From the NCBI RefSeq assembly GCF_050304635.1, contig NZ_JBNLDX010000012.1: a stretch of 64,000 nucleotides of DNA; one strand, 5' to 3'. This DNA comes from Haliangium sp. GTDB taxonomy: Bacteria > Myxococcota_A > Polyangia > Haliangiales > Haliangiaceae. A model generated the notes under the pieces. The model had not been told where the DNA came from. It was given only the letters and a program-made list of their open reading frames with translations, and made no database searches. Shown here one piece after another: positions 15,346-25,157 of this stretch; position 1 is the first letter of the stretch; each line of letters begins with the position of its first letter. A program made the position numbers and the translations under genes.

Positions 15346-18300
15346 ATGTTGGATATCGGGGATGTCTGCGCTGATCGCTATCGGCTGACCCGCCGGCTCT
15401 CCACGGCCTGGTCGGGCATCGAGCGGTTCTTGGCCGAGGACATGGGTCAGGGCGCCCCGGTCATCCTCCAGGCGGTCTCGGCCGAGCGCGTCCCCCACGC
15501 CACCAGGCTCCGGGTCGCGGACGAGGCCGTCATCGTCTCGGAGGTCGCCGATGGCGCCTTCCTCCCCGTGCTCGGGTCGGGGCTGCACGGAGATGTGCTC
15601 TATCAAGTAACCCCGAGGCTCGACGGCGACCTGCTCAGCGCGCGCATCGACGCCCAGCCGCTGTCGGTCGCGGACACGGTGGCGTTGGCCACGCGGGCCA
15701 CCGCCGCGCTCGACCTCGCCCATCGCAACGGCCTCGTCCACCGCAGCATCACGCCCTTCGATCTGCACATCGCCTCTGACGACCGGCTCTATCCGCTCGG
15801 CTTCGGCTGCGTCCGGGCGCCCGACCTCGAGACCGATGACCGCGCCATGTTGGTACAGCGGGCCCGCTACGCCTCGCCCGAGGAGGCCGGGATGGTCCAC
15901 GCCAGCGTCGACGGCCGGGCCGACCTGTACTCGCTCGGTGTCACCGTCTACCAGTGCGTGAGCGGGGAGGTGCCGTTCTTGGGCGACAACGTGGGCGAGC
16001 TGCTGCGCAATCACCTGACCGCAACCCCGGCGCCTTTACGCGAGCGCCGCGGCGAGGTCCCGCGGGTGCTCGACGAGCTGGTCCAGCGGCTGTTGCACAA
16101 GGACCCCGAGCAGCGATATCAGTCTGCGCAGGCGTTGCTCGTCGATCTCGAGGAGATCGGGCGTCGGCTCGCCCGCGGCGAAGCGGAGCCCGAGTTGACC
16201 CTGGGCCTGGCCGACCGCCGGCTGGCGCTCACCCAGCCCAGCTTCATCGGCCGGGCCAAGGAGCTCGCCTGCATCGAGACCCAGTTCGAGGCGGCGCGGG
16301 CCGGCAAGGGGGATCTCGTGCTCATCGAAGCCCCCTCCGGAGGAGGCAAGTCACGCTTGCTCGAAGAGGTCATGCTGCGCGCCACCCAACGGGGGCTGTG
16401 GTTGCTGCGTGGCCAAGGGGTGGCCGAAGGCGGTCTGCCCTACGAGGCCTTGGAGGGGTTGACGCGTGAGGTGGTGCGCGCGGGCCAAGACGAGCCGACG
16501 CTGGCCGCGCGCCTGCGCGAGGCCCTCGAAGAGCACCTCCAGGCCAGCTACGAGGTGTTCCCCGGCCTGCGCTCGCTCTTGGGCGAGGTCCCCGAGCGCG
16601 ACTTCGGCGTCGCCGTCGGTGCCCAGGAGCGCACCCAACGCGCGCTCACCGAGTACGTCTGTGCGCTGGGCACGGCCGAGCGGCCGGCCGTGGTCGTGAT
16701 CGACGACGCACAGTGGGCCGACACCAGCACCCTCGAGACCGTGGCCTCGTGGCGGACCCGGGTCGCGCGCGGGTCCGGTGCGTCGAGCCACACCCTGGTG
16801 CTCTTGGCCTTCCGGTCCGACGAGGGCGACGCCGTGCGCGCGCTCGAGACCGACACCCACCTGGTCCTGCCGCCCCTGCGACAGCCCGAGGTGCGCGCGT
16901 TGCTCGAGTCCATGGCCGGCGCGTTGCCCGACGATATCGCGACCACGGTGATCCGCTTGGCCGACGGCAGCCCGTTCTTGGCCGCCTCACTGCTGCGCGG
17001 GCTGGTCGAGGTCGGGGCTCTGCAGCACCAGGGCGCTACGTGGGTGGTCGAGTCGTCGGCGCTGGACGACATGCGCTCCTCGGCCGACGGCGCGGTGATG
17101 TTGCAGCGTCGGCTCACCCACCTGGCCGAGGAGACCCTCGCGGTGCTCGAGATCGGGGCCGTGCTGGGCAGGCACTTCGCCGCCCACATCGTGGCCGAGC
17201 TCAGCCGACGTGAGCGCCGCCTGGTCAACCAGACCCTGGCCGAGGCGTGCCGGCAGCAGCTCCTGTGGGCCAACGCCGACCTCACCACCTACACCTTCGT
17301 GCACGACAAGCTGCGCGAGGCGGTACTCGACCGGCTGTCCCCGGACCAGCAGCGCGCCCTCCATGTGGCCGCCGCCGCCGAGTTGGAGACCCAGGTGCCG
17401 GCCTCGGCCAGCGAGGTCGCCTACCACTACGACGCCGGCGGGGAGCCGGTGCGGGCATTGCCGTTTGCCATCGAGGCCGCGGAGGACGCCCGCCGCAGGC
17501 ACGCGCTGTCCGTGGCCGAGTCTCTGTATCGGGTCGCCTTGCGCGGCGAGGAGGCCGCCGACCAGGCCATGGCGCGGCGGATCCAGCTCGGGCTCGCCGA
17601 CATCCTGCTCCTCCAGGGCCGCTTCGACGAGGCCGAAGGGCACCTGGAGGCCGGGCGCCAGCTCGCCGAGAGCCACGAGCAGCGAGTAGAGGTCGAGAGC
17701 CAGTTCGGCAAGCACTTCCACCAGCGCTGCAACTTCCCCAAGGCGGTCGAGCACCTCGAGCGGAGCTTGGTCATGCGCGGGGTGTCGCTGCCCCGGCGCC
17801 CGACCTGGGTCGCGCTGCGTTTGCTGAAGGAGGTGGGGGTGCAGGTCCTGCACCGCGTCTTCCCGCGCTGGCTCCGGGCCCGTGGTCCGCTCGACCGGGC
17901 CGAGCACGACCTGGGCGTCGCGCTCGACCTGGTCCGCCTGAGCTACACGTGGTTGTTCTTGGGCAACCCCAAGGCCAGCCTGTGGGCGGTGCTGCGCGCC
18001 GTCAACCAGGCCGAGCGCTACCTTCCCGGCGCTACCCTGGGCGAGGCCTATGGGTTCATCACCTTCGCGGGCTCGATGGGGCTCGGCTACGATGCGGTCG
18101 CCTACTACGGCGAGGGCGCGCTGGACTACTCGCGCCGCTTTGGCAACCTGTTCCAGGAGGGGCTGTCGCACGCCCGCGTGGGCAGCGCCATGTTCTGGAT
18201 GGCCCGTTGGGACGAGAGCCTTCACCACGCCGAGATCGCGGTGCGCATGTTCGAGCGCGCCGGCGAGGCCTTCGAAGGCGGCTCCGCGCTGTACGTGGCC

Positions 18301-20487
18301 AGCATGGCGGCCTTTCGCCTCGGCGATCTGCGCGCCGGCCTCGCCTACGCCCGCCGGCTCTACGATGACGGGGTGGCGCGCCAGCTCCCGCAAGGCTTTG
18401 CCACCGGACTGGCGATATGGGCCTTCGCCAGCGGCGGCCAGGTTCCGGAGCAGGCGTTCGAGACCGATATGCCCGGGGTCGAGGATGACCTCGTCCGCCG
18501 GCAGTGCCTGTACCTGGCCAGGGGCGTCTGCTGCTACTACCGCGGCGACAGCCGGGCCGCGGTCGAACTGCTCGAGCAGGCGAGCAATGCGCACGACCGC
18601 TTCACCGCGTCGGTGGCGACATCGATGACGGTGCTGCCGTGGTACGCCACGGTCCTGCGGCGCGCCGCCCTGGAGACCCCGCCCCATGCCCCCGCCGAGC
18701 GCCGTGGCTTTCTGCGCCGGGCCCGCCGGGCCGCGCGCCAGGGGCTGAAGACGGCCGGTCGCCTGCCCGCCGGGCACCCCCACGCGCTGCGCGAGCTGGG
18801 CTTGTTGGCCGCCTACGACGACGAGCCCGGCGAGGCCCGTCGCCTCCTCGACCAGAGCCTGGCCGAGGCCCGCCGCCAGCAGGCCCGCATCGAGGAGGCC
18901 TACACGCTGTGGATGCGGGGCCGGGTCGGGCTGTCCTTGGGCTGGGAGGACGCCGACGTGGACCTGGCCAAGGGCCGCACCACCCTGCGCGAGCTGGGTG
19001 CCGGCTTCATCTTGGCCGCGGAGGGCGATGAGGGCATCAGCGGCGGCGCCGAAGGGTTCTCACTCTCGCTCGCCGACCGCTTCACCACCATCCAGGAACA
19101 GGGCCGCCGCATCGCCGCCGCGCTGTCCCGCGACGCGGTCTTCGACGCCACCCACGAGGCCGGCAAGACCCTGCTCCGGGGCGACGTGGCCGTGGTCCTG
19201 ATGCGCGCGAGCGACGCGCCCGACGCCCCCTGGCGACCCGTTGCGGGCGATGTCGGACGCACGGACATCGAGCCCGAGCTGCTCCGGCGCGCGGCCGAGT
19301 CGGGGCAGCCGCTGATCGCGGCGGACGACGAAGAGCTCAGCGGCGTCGACGAGGTCGGGATCCGCTCGGCCCTGGGGGTGCCCATCAAGGAGCGCGGCCG
19401 ATGCGCGGCCGTGTTGCTGGTGGAGCATCACGGCGTGGCCGGGCTGTACGGCGACGAGGAGGCCCGGCTGGGCGAGTACATCGCCACCCTCGCCGGCGCG
19501 GCCTTGGAGAACGCGGCCGGCTTCGCCGAGGTTCAGGAGCTGAGCCGCAGCCTCGAGCAGCGCGTGGTCGAGCGCACTGCCGAGTTGGCCGACTCCAACG
19601 TCAAGCTGCAAGACAGCCTGCGGCAGCTCCACGAGGCCCAGCAGCGCCTGATCCGGATGTCGCGCGAGGCCGGCATGGCCGAGATCGCCACCGGGGTGCT
19701 GCACAACGTCGGCAACTTGCTCAACAGTCTCCAAACCTCCACCTTCGTCGCCATCGAGCGGCTGCAGGCGTCGAGCATCGACTCCGTGTCCCGCTCCAGC
19801 GCCCTGCTCGACCAGCACCAAGGCGACTTGGTCGCCTTCTTCGTGCACGACCGGCGCGGCCAGCGCTTCCCCGAGCTGCTCCAGCGCCTCGGCGAGCGCC
19901 TCATCGATGAGCGTGACCAGGTCTTGGTCGAGATGCAGCGCATCCAGGAGCTCATCGGGCACATCAAGAAGGTCGTGCAGGCCCAGCAGGTCTACGCCAC
20001 GCGCGCCAGCGTCAAGGAGGAGTGCGCCTTGACGGCGCTGGTCGAGGAGGCGCTCGAGCTCCAGGCCGAGCGCCTCGCCCGTCACCAGGTCACGGTGGTG
20101 CGCGAGCTCGCCGAGCTCCCCTCCTTCGCGCTGGAGCGCCACAAGCTGGTCCAGATCCTGATCAACCTGATCTCCAACGCGATCGATGCCATGGTCGAGG
20201 TCCCTGCGGGCGAGCGCCGCCTCAGTGTGCGTGTTCGCGCTCACGACGGCGATTCCTCGCCGCCGATCGCCCACGTCGACGTCGCGGACAACGGGCGCGG
20301 CATCGCTCGGGAAAACCTGGTCAGGGTCTTCCAGTACGGCTTCACCACCAAGGCGGACGGCCACGGCTTTGGCCTGCACTCCAGCGTTCTGGCCGCCAAC
20401 GAGATGGGCGGCGCGCTCCGATGTAGCAGCGACGGGCCCGGCACCGGCGCCACCTTCACCCTCGACCTGCCCATGCAGCCGGCGTGA
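15346..20487 (+). CDS. Multidomain sensor: degenerate Ser/Thr-kinase (pseudokinase) + AAA/STAND ATPase + TPR-like region + GAF + histidine kinase (HisKA-like H-box + HATPase_c)
   Basis: ORF 15265..20487 trimmed to ATG 15346, preceded by GGGAGA. The N-terminal kinase fold lacks the VAIK lysine (PVILQAV), has HRS instead of HRD (LVHRSITPFD) and LGFG instead of DFG. P-loop LVLIEAPSGGGKSRLLEEV. GAF region (...GVPIKERGRCAAVLLVEHHGVAGLYGDEEARLGEY). H-box EIATGVLHNVGNLLNS. HATPase ISNAIDAM...DNGRGI...GFGLHSSVLAANEMGG. Confidence 0.85.
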   Translation: MLDIGDVCADRYRLTRRLSTAWSGIERFLAEDMGQGAPVILQAVSAERVPHATRLRVADEAVIVSEVADGAFLPVLGSGLHGDVLYQVTPRLDGDLLSARIDAQPLSVADTVALATRATAALDLAHRNGLVHRSITPFDLHIASDDRLYPLGFGCVRAPDLETDDRAMLVQRARYASPEEAGMVHASVDGRADLYSLGVTVYQCVSGEVPFLGDNVGELLRNHLTATPAPLRERRGEVPRVLDELVQRLLHKDPEQRYQSAQALLVDLEEIGRRLARGEAEPELTLGLADRRLALTQPSFIGRAKELACIETQFEAARAGKGDLVLIEAPSGGGKSRLLEEVMLRATQRGLWLLRGQGVAEGGLPYEALEGLTREVVRAGQDEPTLAARLREALEEHLQASYEVFPGLRSLLGEVPERDFGVAVGAQERTQRALTEYVCALGTAERPAVVVIDDAQWADTSTLETVASWRTRVARGSGASSHTLVLLAFRSDEGDAVRALETDTHLVLPPLRQPEVRALLESMAGALPDDIATTVIRLADGSPFLAASLLRGLVEVGALQHQGATWVVESSALDDMRSSADGAVMLQRRLTHLAEETLAVLEIGAVLGRHFAAHIVAELSRRERRLVNQTLAEACRQQLLWANADLTTYTFVHDKLREAVLDRLSPDQQRALHVAAAAELETQVPASASEVAYHYDAGGEPVRALPFAIEAAEDARRRHALSVAESLYRVALRGEEAADQAMARRIQLGLADILLLQGRFDEAEGHLEAGRQLAESHEQRVEVESQFGKHFHQRCNFPKAVEHLERSLVMRGVSLPRRPTWVALRLLKEVGVQVLHRVFPRWLRARGPLDRAEHDLGVALDLVRLSYTWLFLGNPKASLWAVLRAVNQAERYLPGATLGEAYGFITFAGSMGLGYDAVAYYGEGALDYSRRFGNLFQEGLSHARVGSAMFWMARWDESLHHAEIAVRMFERAGEAFEGGSALYVASMAAFRLGDLRAGLAYARRLYDDGVARQLPQGFATGLAIWAFASGGQVPEQAFETDMPGVEDDLVRRQCLYLARGVCCYYRGDSRAAVELLEQASNAHDRFTASVATSMTVLPWYATVLRRAALETPPHAPAERRGFLRRARRAARQGLKTAGRLPAGHPHALRELGLLAAYDDEPGEARRLLDQSLAEARRQQARIEEAYTLWMRGRVGLSLGWEDADVDLAKGRTTLRELGAGFILAAEGDEGISGGAEGFSLSLADRFTTIQEQGRRIAAALSRDAVFDATHEAGKTLLRGDVAVVLMRASDAPDAPWRPVAGDVGRTDIEPELLRRAAESGQPLIAADDEELSGVDEVGIRSALGVPIKERGRCAAVLLVEHHGVAGLYGDEEARLGEYIATLAGAALENAAGFAEVQELSRSLEQRVVERTAELADSNVKLQDSLRQLHEAQQRLIRMSREAGMAEIATGVLHNVGNLLNSLQTSTFVAIERLQASSIDSVSRSSALLDQHQGDLVAFFVHDRRGQRFPELLQRLGERLIDERDQVLVEMQRIQELIGHIKKVVQAQQVYATRASVKEECALTALVEEALELQAERLARHQVTVVRELAELPSFALERHKLVQILINLISNAIDAMVEVPAGERRLSVRVRAHDGDSSPPIAHVDVADNGRGIARENLVRVFQYGFTTKADGHGFGLHSSVLAANEMGGALRCSSDGPGTGATFTLDLPMQPA

Positions 20488-20584
20488 TCTGCCGGTGTCG
20501 TCGTTGCCCGCCATTGCTGGTCCGACCATGTCCTCTATGAGTTGCGACCGGCCAACTCCGCGGCAAGACCAGCGGGAGGGCCAG

Positions 20585-21073
20585 ATGCACTCTTGTGCGG
20601 GCGCGCCAAGCGGGTACGATGCCCCTGTCGAAGCGAGGGGAGAAACCGTGTCTCACGAAAAGCGGCGGGCTCGCCGTGTTTTGCTCAACGTTCCCACCGT
20701 CGTTCAGCCGCTCGCGCCGGCTGACGTCAGCATGCACCCCAACCTGGAGCGGGTCTACGAGCGCGTCATGCCCAACGAGCGCGCCATCGGCCAAAAATTC
20801 CCGGCCGTGGTCCGCGACATCTCCATCAACGGCGCCTTCATCGTCGGCGAGGCCCTGCCCCTGCTGACCCGGGTCGCGTTCTCGTTCCAGCTCAAGGGCT
20901 ACGGCCAGGTCGACGCCCTGGGCTGGAGCCTGTGGCGGCGCGAGGAGGACTGCGAGGTCCCCGGCCCCAATGACACCATCCTGATCCTGCCCATGGGCTT
21001 CGGCGTCCTGTTCGAAGCCATCCCTCTGGACGCCCGCATTGCCATCCACAAATACGTCGCCGCTGCCTCGTAG
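20585..21073 (+). CDS. PilZ-domain protein (c-di-GMP binding)
   Basis: RRARRVLLNVPT (RxxxR) and VVRDISINGAFIVGE (DxSxxG) motifs. Alternative GTG start at 20648 with GAGGGGAG Shine-Dalgarno. The longer track ORF (from 20186) overlaps the upstream gene. Confidence 0.7.
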   Translation: MHSCAGAPSGYDAPVEARGETVSHEKRRARRVLLNVPTVVQPLAPADVSMHPNLERVYERVMPNERAIGQKFPAVVRDISINGAFIVGEALPLLTRVAFSFQLKGYGQVDALGWSLWRREEDCEVPGPNDTILILPMGFGVLFEAIPLDARIAIHKYVAAAS

Positions 21074-21593
21074 TTTTCGCTTTCGCCCCCGCTTCCGCGC
21101 CCTCGCCACCGGCGCGAGCGCGCTCGGCGCGGCCCTGATCGTCTACGGCGCCGTGCTCGGCGGCCCGCAGGCGCTCTACGCCGTGCTCGGCGGCGCTCTC
21201 GGGCTGGCCCTGGGGGCCCTGTACTTGATCTCGCCCGCGTGGCGCCTCACCGTGACCGCCGACGAGGACGGGCTGGTGGTCGAGCGCCGGGGCCGCCCGC
21301 GGCTGAAGCTGGCCTGGACCTCGATCGTGCGCGTCGTGGCCTCGCCCGACACCGCCACCTGCTTCGTGGACGGCGGCGACCCAGCCTGCAGCCTGTTGGT
21401 GCCCGGCGTCGGCGCCAGCGCGCCCTATGACATCGAGGACAAGGCCGTCCTGTGCGAGATCATCCTGGCCCGGGTCGCGCCCGAGCGAATCGAGCGGGTC
21501 GAGCTGCTCGAGGCCTCGCTCGGCGAGCGCCGGTCCGGGGCCGCGCCCGACGGTGAGCGGGTCGAGACAGATCCGGCCCAATCTGCTAAGTAG
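21039..21593 (+). CDS. Small membrane protein with two N-terminal TM helices and a bPH-like soluble domain
   Basis: TM segments GASALGAALIVYGAVLGG / LGGALGLALGALYLISPAW followed by WRLTVTADEDGLVVERRGRPRLKLAWTSIVRV. The start is uncertain; the 21039 ATG overlaps the PilZ gene end by 35 nt. Confidence 0.4.
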   Translation: MPSTNTSPLPRSFRFRPRFRALATGASALGAALIVYGAVLGGPQALYAVLGGALGLALGALYLISPAWRLTVTADEDGLVVERRGRPRLKLAWTSIVRVVASPDTATCFVDGGDPACSLLVPGVGASAPYDIEDKAVLCEIILARVAPERIERVELLEASLGERRSGAAPDGERVETDPAQSAK

Positions 21594-21632
21594 CCCGCGA
21601 CGCGGACGAGGACCCGTCCGCCCGGAGCCGCC

Positions 21633-22729
21633 GTGACCTACGAGCTGCGATCGAGCACCATCACCTTCGAAGCCGCGCTGCGCGACCTCGGCAGCAAGAG
21701 CGACCGCGTGCGCGCCCAGGCCGCCAACGCCCTCGGCGACGTGCACACCCCCGAGCAGCGAGCCCAGGCCGTGCCGGCCCTGATCCAGACCCTGGCCGAC
21801 CGTCGGCCCGAGATCCGCAGCGAGGCCGCGCTCGCGCTGGGCGAGCTCGACAGCGCCGACGCCGTGGACCCGCTCGTGGCCTGCTTCGACGATCCCGTGC
21901 CGGTGGTCCGTCAGGCCGCTGCCATCGCGCTCGGACGCCTGGCCCTCCCGGCCGCGTTCGAATCGGTGGCCCGGGCCCTGCGCGAGGGGCCACCTGATCT
22001 GCGTTTCCAGGCCGCGACCTCGCTGGCCGAGATCGACCCCGAGCGCGCCGGCTCGGTTTTGCTCGACGCCCTGGACGACGACGACGGTGAGGTGGTGGCG
22101 GCCGCGGCCCTGGCCCTGGGCGCCGTGGGCGAGACCCGCGCCCGTGAGCGCCTGGCCGAGCTGCTCGACACCTGGTCCCGGCCCCGTACCCGCTTCGACC
22201 TCGCCTACGCCCTGGCCGACCTCGGCGACGCCCGCGCCCTCGACGTGCTCGCGACCTTCCTCGACGACGACGGCTTGGCCTGGGACGCCATCGAGGCCCT
22301 CGAGCGCCTGGCCGGCACCCTGCCCGGCGCCGGCGCCGACGGCCGTGTCCCAGGTAAGACCGAGCCTGCGCGCTCGGCCAGCCCCGACCACGCGGACGAT
22401 GTCCCGAGCCCGGCCGAGCTGCGCGCCGGCGCGGCCGTGTATATCGCGCCCCTGCTCAGCAAGCGGGGCGTGGCCGCCATGATCAAGCTGCGCGCCGCCG
22501 CCGCCGTGCTCGCCTTGGATCCCGACAACCCCGCCGCCGAGCCGGCTCGGGCCGCGCTGCTGGCCGGCCTGCGGGCCCGCAAGCGCGAGCGCCGCGGCCT
22601 CACCATCGAGCTCCTGGCCCGGGTCGGCGGCCCCTGGGCCATCGCGCCCCTCCAGGCCCTGCGCGCGCGCCGCGCCGGGCGTCCCTTCCACGACGAGATC
22701 GACGACACCCTGGCCCGGCTGGGAGCGCC

Positions 22730-22733
<4 letters not shown>
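21633..22733 (+). CDS. HEAT/PBS-lyase-like repeat protein
   Basis: GTG start. Repeated ~30-aa units (RAQAANALGDV, RSEAALALGEL, VRQAAAIALGRL, RFQAATSLAEI, VAAAALALGAV) typical of HEAT repeats. The 3' end overlaps the tatD start (ATGA). Confidence 0.7.
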
Positions 22734-23530
<797 letters not shown>

Positions 23531-23544
23531 TGCCGGCGGGCGCG

Positions 23545-25149
23545 CTAGCTGTCGATGCGCAGGTAGCGCGGGCTTTCGTCCAGCGGGTCGAGTTCGTGCT
23601 CGGCGCCGATGGTCTCGAGCGCAGGGGACGTGGACATCGCCGCCGGCGTGGCCATGATGCCGCTATACGGCTCCAGCGGGGCCCAGTCGCCGAGTTCGAG
23701 CACCGGCCCGCCGATCACTTGTCTGGCGCCGTCGACCGTGCGCAGGGTGGCCTCGGCCCGGTGCAGGCAGATGTTGACGTGCAGGCGGCTGTGCGGGTCC
23801 AGGCAGGAGGCGAGCTGGGGCTCCAGCTCGCGCGCGAGCGCGATCAGGGCGGAGCGGTGCACCACCGCGGTGTCAGTGATGGGCACGACCCCGACCAGGG
23901 TCTGGCCGGTCTGCAGCGCGGTTTGCACGCCCGCGCCGTCGAAGATGGCCTCGGTGGTGTCGAGCACGGCCATGAGCTCCATGAACAGGTCGTCGTCGAG
24001 GGCTTCGTCTTCGGCCACGCGGGCGTCCACGTACAGCGCGAAGGCCGAGCCGGTGGTGTCCTTGGTGGCGTCGGCTGGGTTGGGGTGGACCGCGCGCCGC
24101 AGCCCGGCGAGGAAGTCGGCGACGCTGTCGTAGCGCTCCGCCGGCGCCTTGGCCATGGCCCGCGCGACCACGGCGTCGAGGCCGGGGCCGACCGGGGCCA
24201 GCTTGCTGGGCGGGGGCGGGGCGGCGTGGACCTGCATCTGAGCGAGCAGGATCGAGTTTTTGTTCATGAACGGGAACCGGCCAGTGAGCATGCGGAACAA
24301 CAGCACGCCCAGGGCGTAGACGTCGGTGCGCACGTCGACCGGTTGTCCCAATACTTGCTCGGGCGCCATGGTGTGGGGCGAGCCGAGCAGCAGCCCCACG
24401 CTGGTGTTGATGCCGCTGGGGCCGTCGGGGTCGATCAGCTTGGCCAGCCCGAAGTCGAGCAGCTTCACCGTCGGCCCTGCCCCGGAGGCGTCGGGGGCGC
24501 CGGGGGGATCGCGCAGCATGACGTTGCTGCTCTTGATGTCGCGGTGGACGATGCCGGCCTCATGGGCGCAGGTGAGGGGATCGCAGATGAGCTCCATGAG
24601 CTCCAGCGCTTCGGTCGGGGACAGCCGCCCGCGGCGGTCGATCCACTCGCTCAGGCTGATCCCGATGACCAGCTCCATGATCATGTACGGGCGCCCATCG
24701 TCGAGGGCACCGGTGCCCAGAATCTCGACCACGCCGCGGTGACGGATGCGCTGCATGGCCTCGCTCTCGCGCAGGAAGCGCTGCACGTGCTGCGGCGACG
24801 CGGCGAGATAGGAGTGGAGGACCTTCACCGCCACCCGCCGGCCGCTGTCTTCGCGCACGGCTTCGTACACGGTCCCGCACCCACCGCGGCCGAGCGTGTC
24901 CACGATGCGACAGCCTCCGATCATGGTGCCCGCAGCGAGCTGCGCTCCGTAGTCGAACTCCTCGTCGCCCTTGATGAAGCGCATCGACTGGGTGACCACG
25001 ATCATTTGTGAGTCGGTCTCGTCTGTCTGGCCGGGCGCGGCCACCAGCTCGGACGCGCGTTTGCTGGGGGCGCCGCTGTCGCCGGGGGCGAGGTCGGCCC
25101 CGGGTGGGCGATGGTCATGCTGTGGAGGGTTGTGGTTGCGATCGCTCAT
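23545..25149 (-). CDS. Canonical Ser/Thr protein kinase with ~190-aa C-terminal domain of unknown function
   Basis: ORF 23545..25431(-) trimmed to MSDRNHNPP (ATG 25149, preceded by AGGTGGTG). [41 protein letters not shown]-terminal 190 aa with no recognised catalytic motif. Start lies 8 bp after the stop of the RCC1 gene. Confidence 0.85.
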   Translation of the reverse strand: MSDRNHNPPQHDHRPPGADLAPGDSGAPSKRASELVAAPGQTDETDSQMIVVTQSMRFIKGDEEFDYGAQLAAGTMIGGCRIVDTLGRGGCGTVYEAVREDSGRRVAVKVLHSYLAASPQHVQRFLRESEAMQRIRHRGVVEILGTGALDDGRPYMIMELVIGISLSEWIDRRGRLSPTEALELMELICDPLTCAHEAGIVHRDIKSSNVMLRDPPGAPDASGAGPTVKLLDFGLAKLIDPDGPSGINTSVGLLLGSPHTMAPEQVLGQPVDVRTDVYALGVLLFRMLTGRFPFMNKNSILLAQMQVHAAPPPPSKLAPVGPGLDAVVARAMAKAPAERYDSVADFLAGLRRAVHPNPADATKDTTGSAFALYVDARVAEDEALDDDLFMELMAVLDTTEAIFDGAGVQTALQTGQTLVGVVPITDTAVVHRSALIALARELEPQLASCLDPHSRLHVNICLHRAEATLRTVDGARQVIGGPVLELGDWAPLEPYSGIMATPAAMSTSPALETIGAEHELDPLDESPRYLRIDS

Positions 25150-25157
25150 GGCACCAC

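Noticed and set aside
20892-22691. 599-aa minus ORF, and similarly 26469..28142(+), 28500..30761(-), 31317..32462(-), 42900..44285(+), 54968..57172(-), 50531..51379(-)
   Set aside because: All are antisense to genes with clear domain content. Their translations are dominated by G/A/R/P/D runs with no recognisable fold signatures.
23545-24117. Kinase C-terminal domain as a class-III nucleotide cyclase
   Set aside because: Loose resemblance only (FALYVDARV...LVGVVPIT). The metal-binding Asp pair and the transition-state Asn/Arg are not identifiable. Left as unknown domain.
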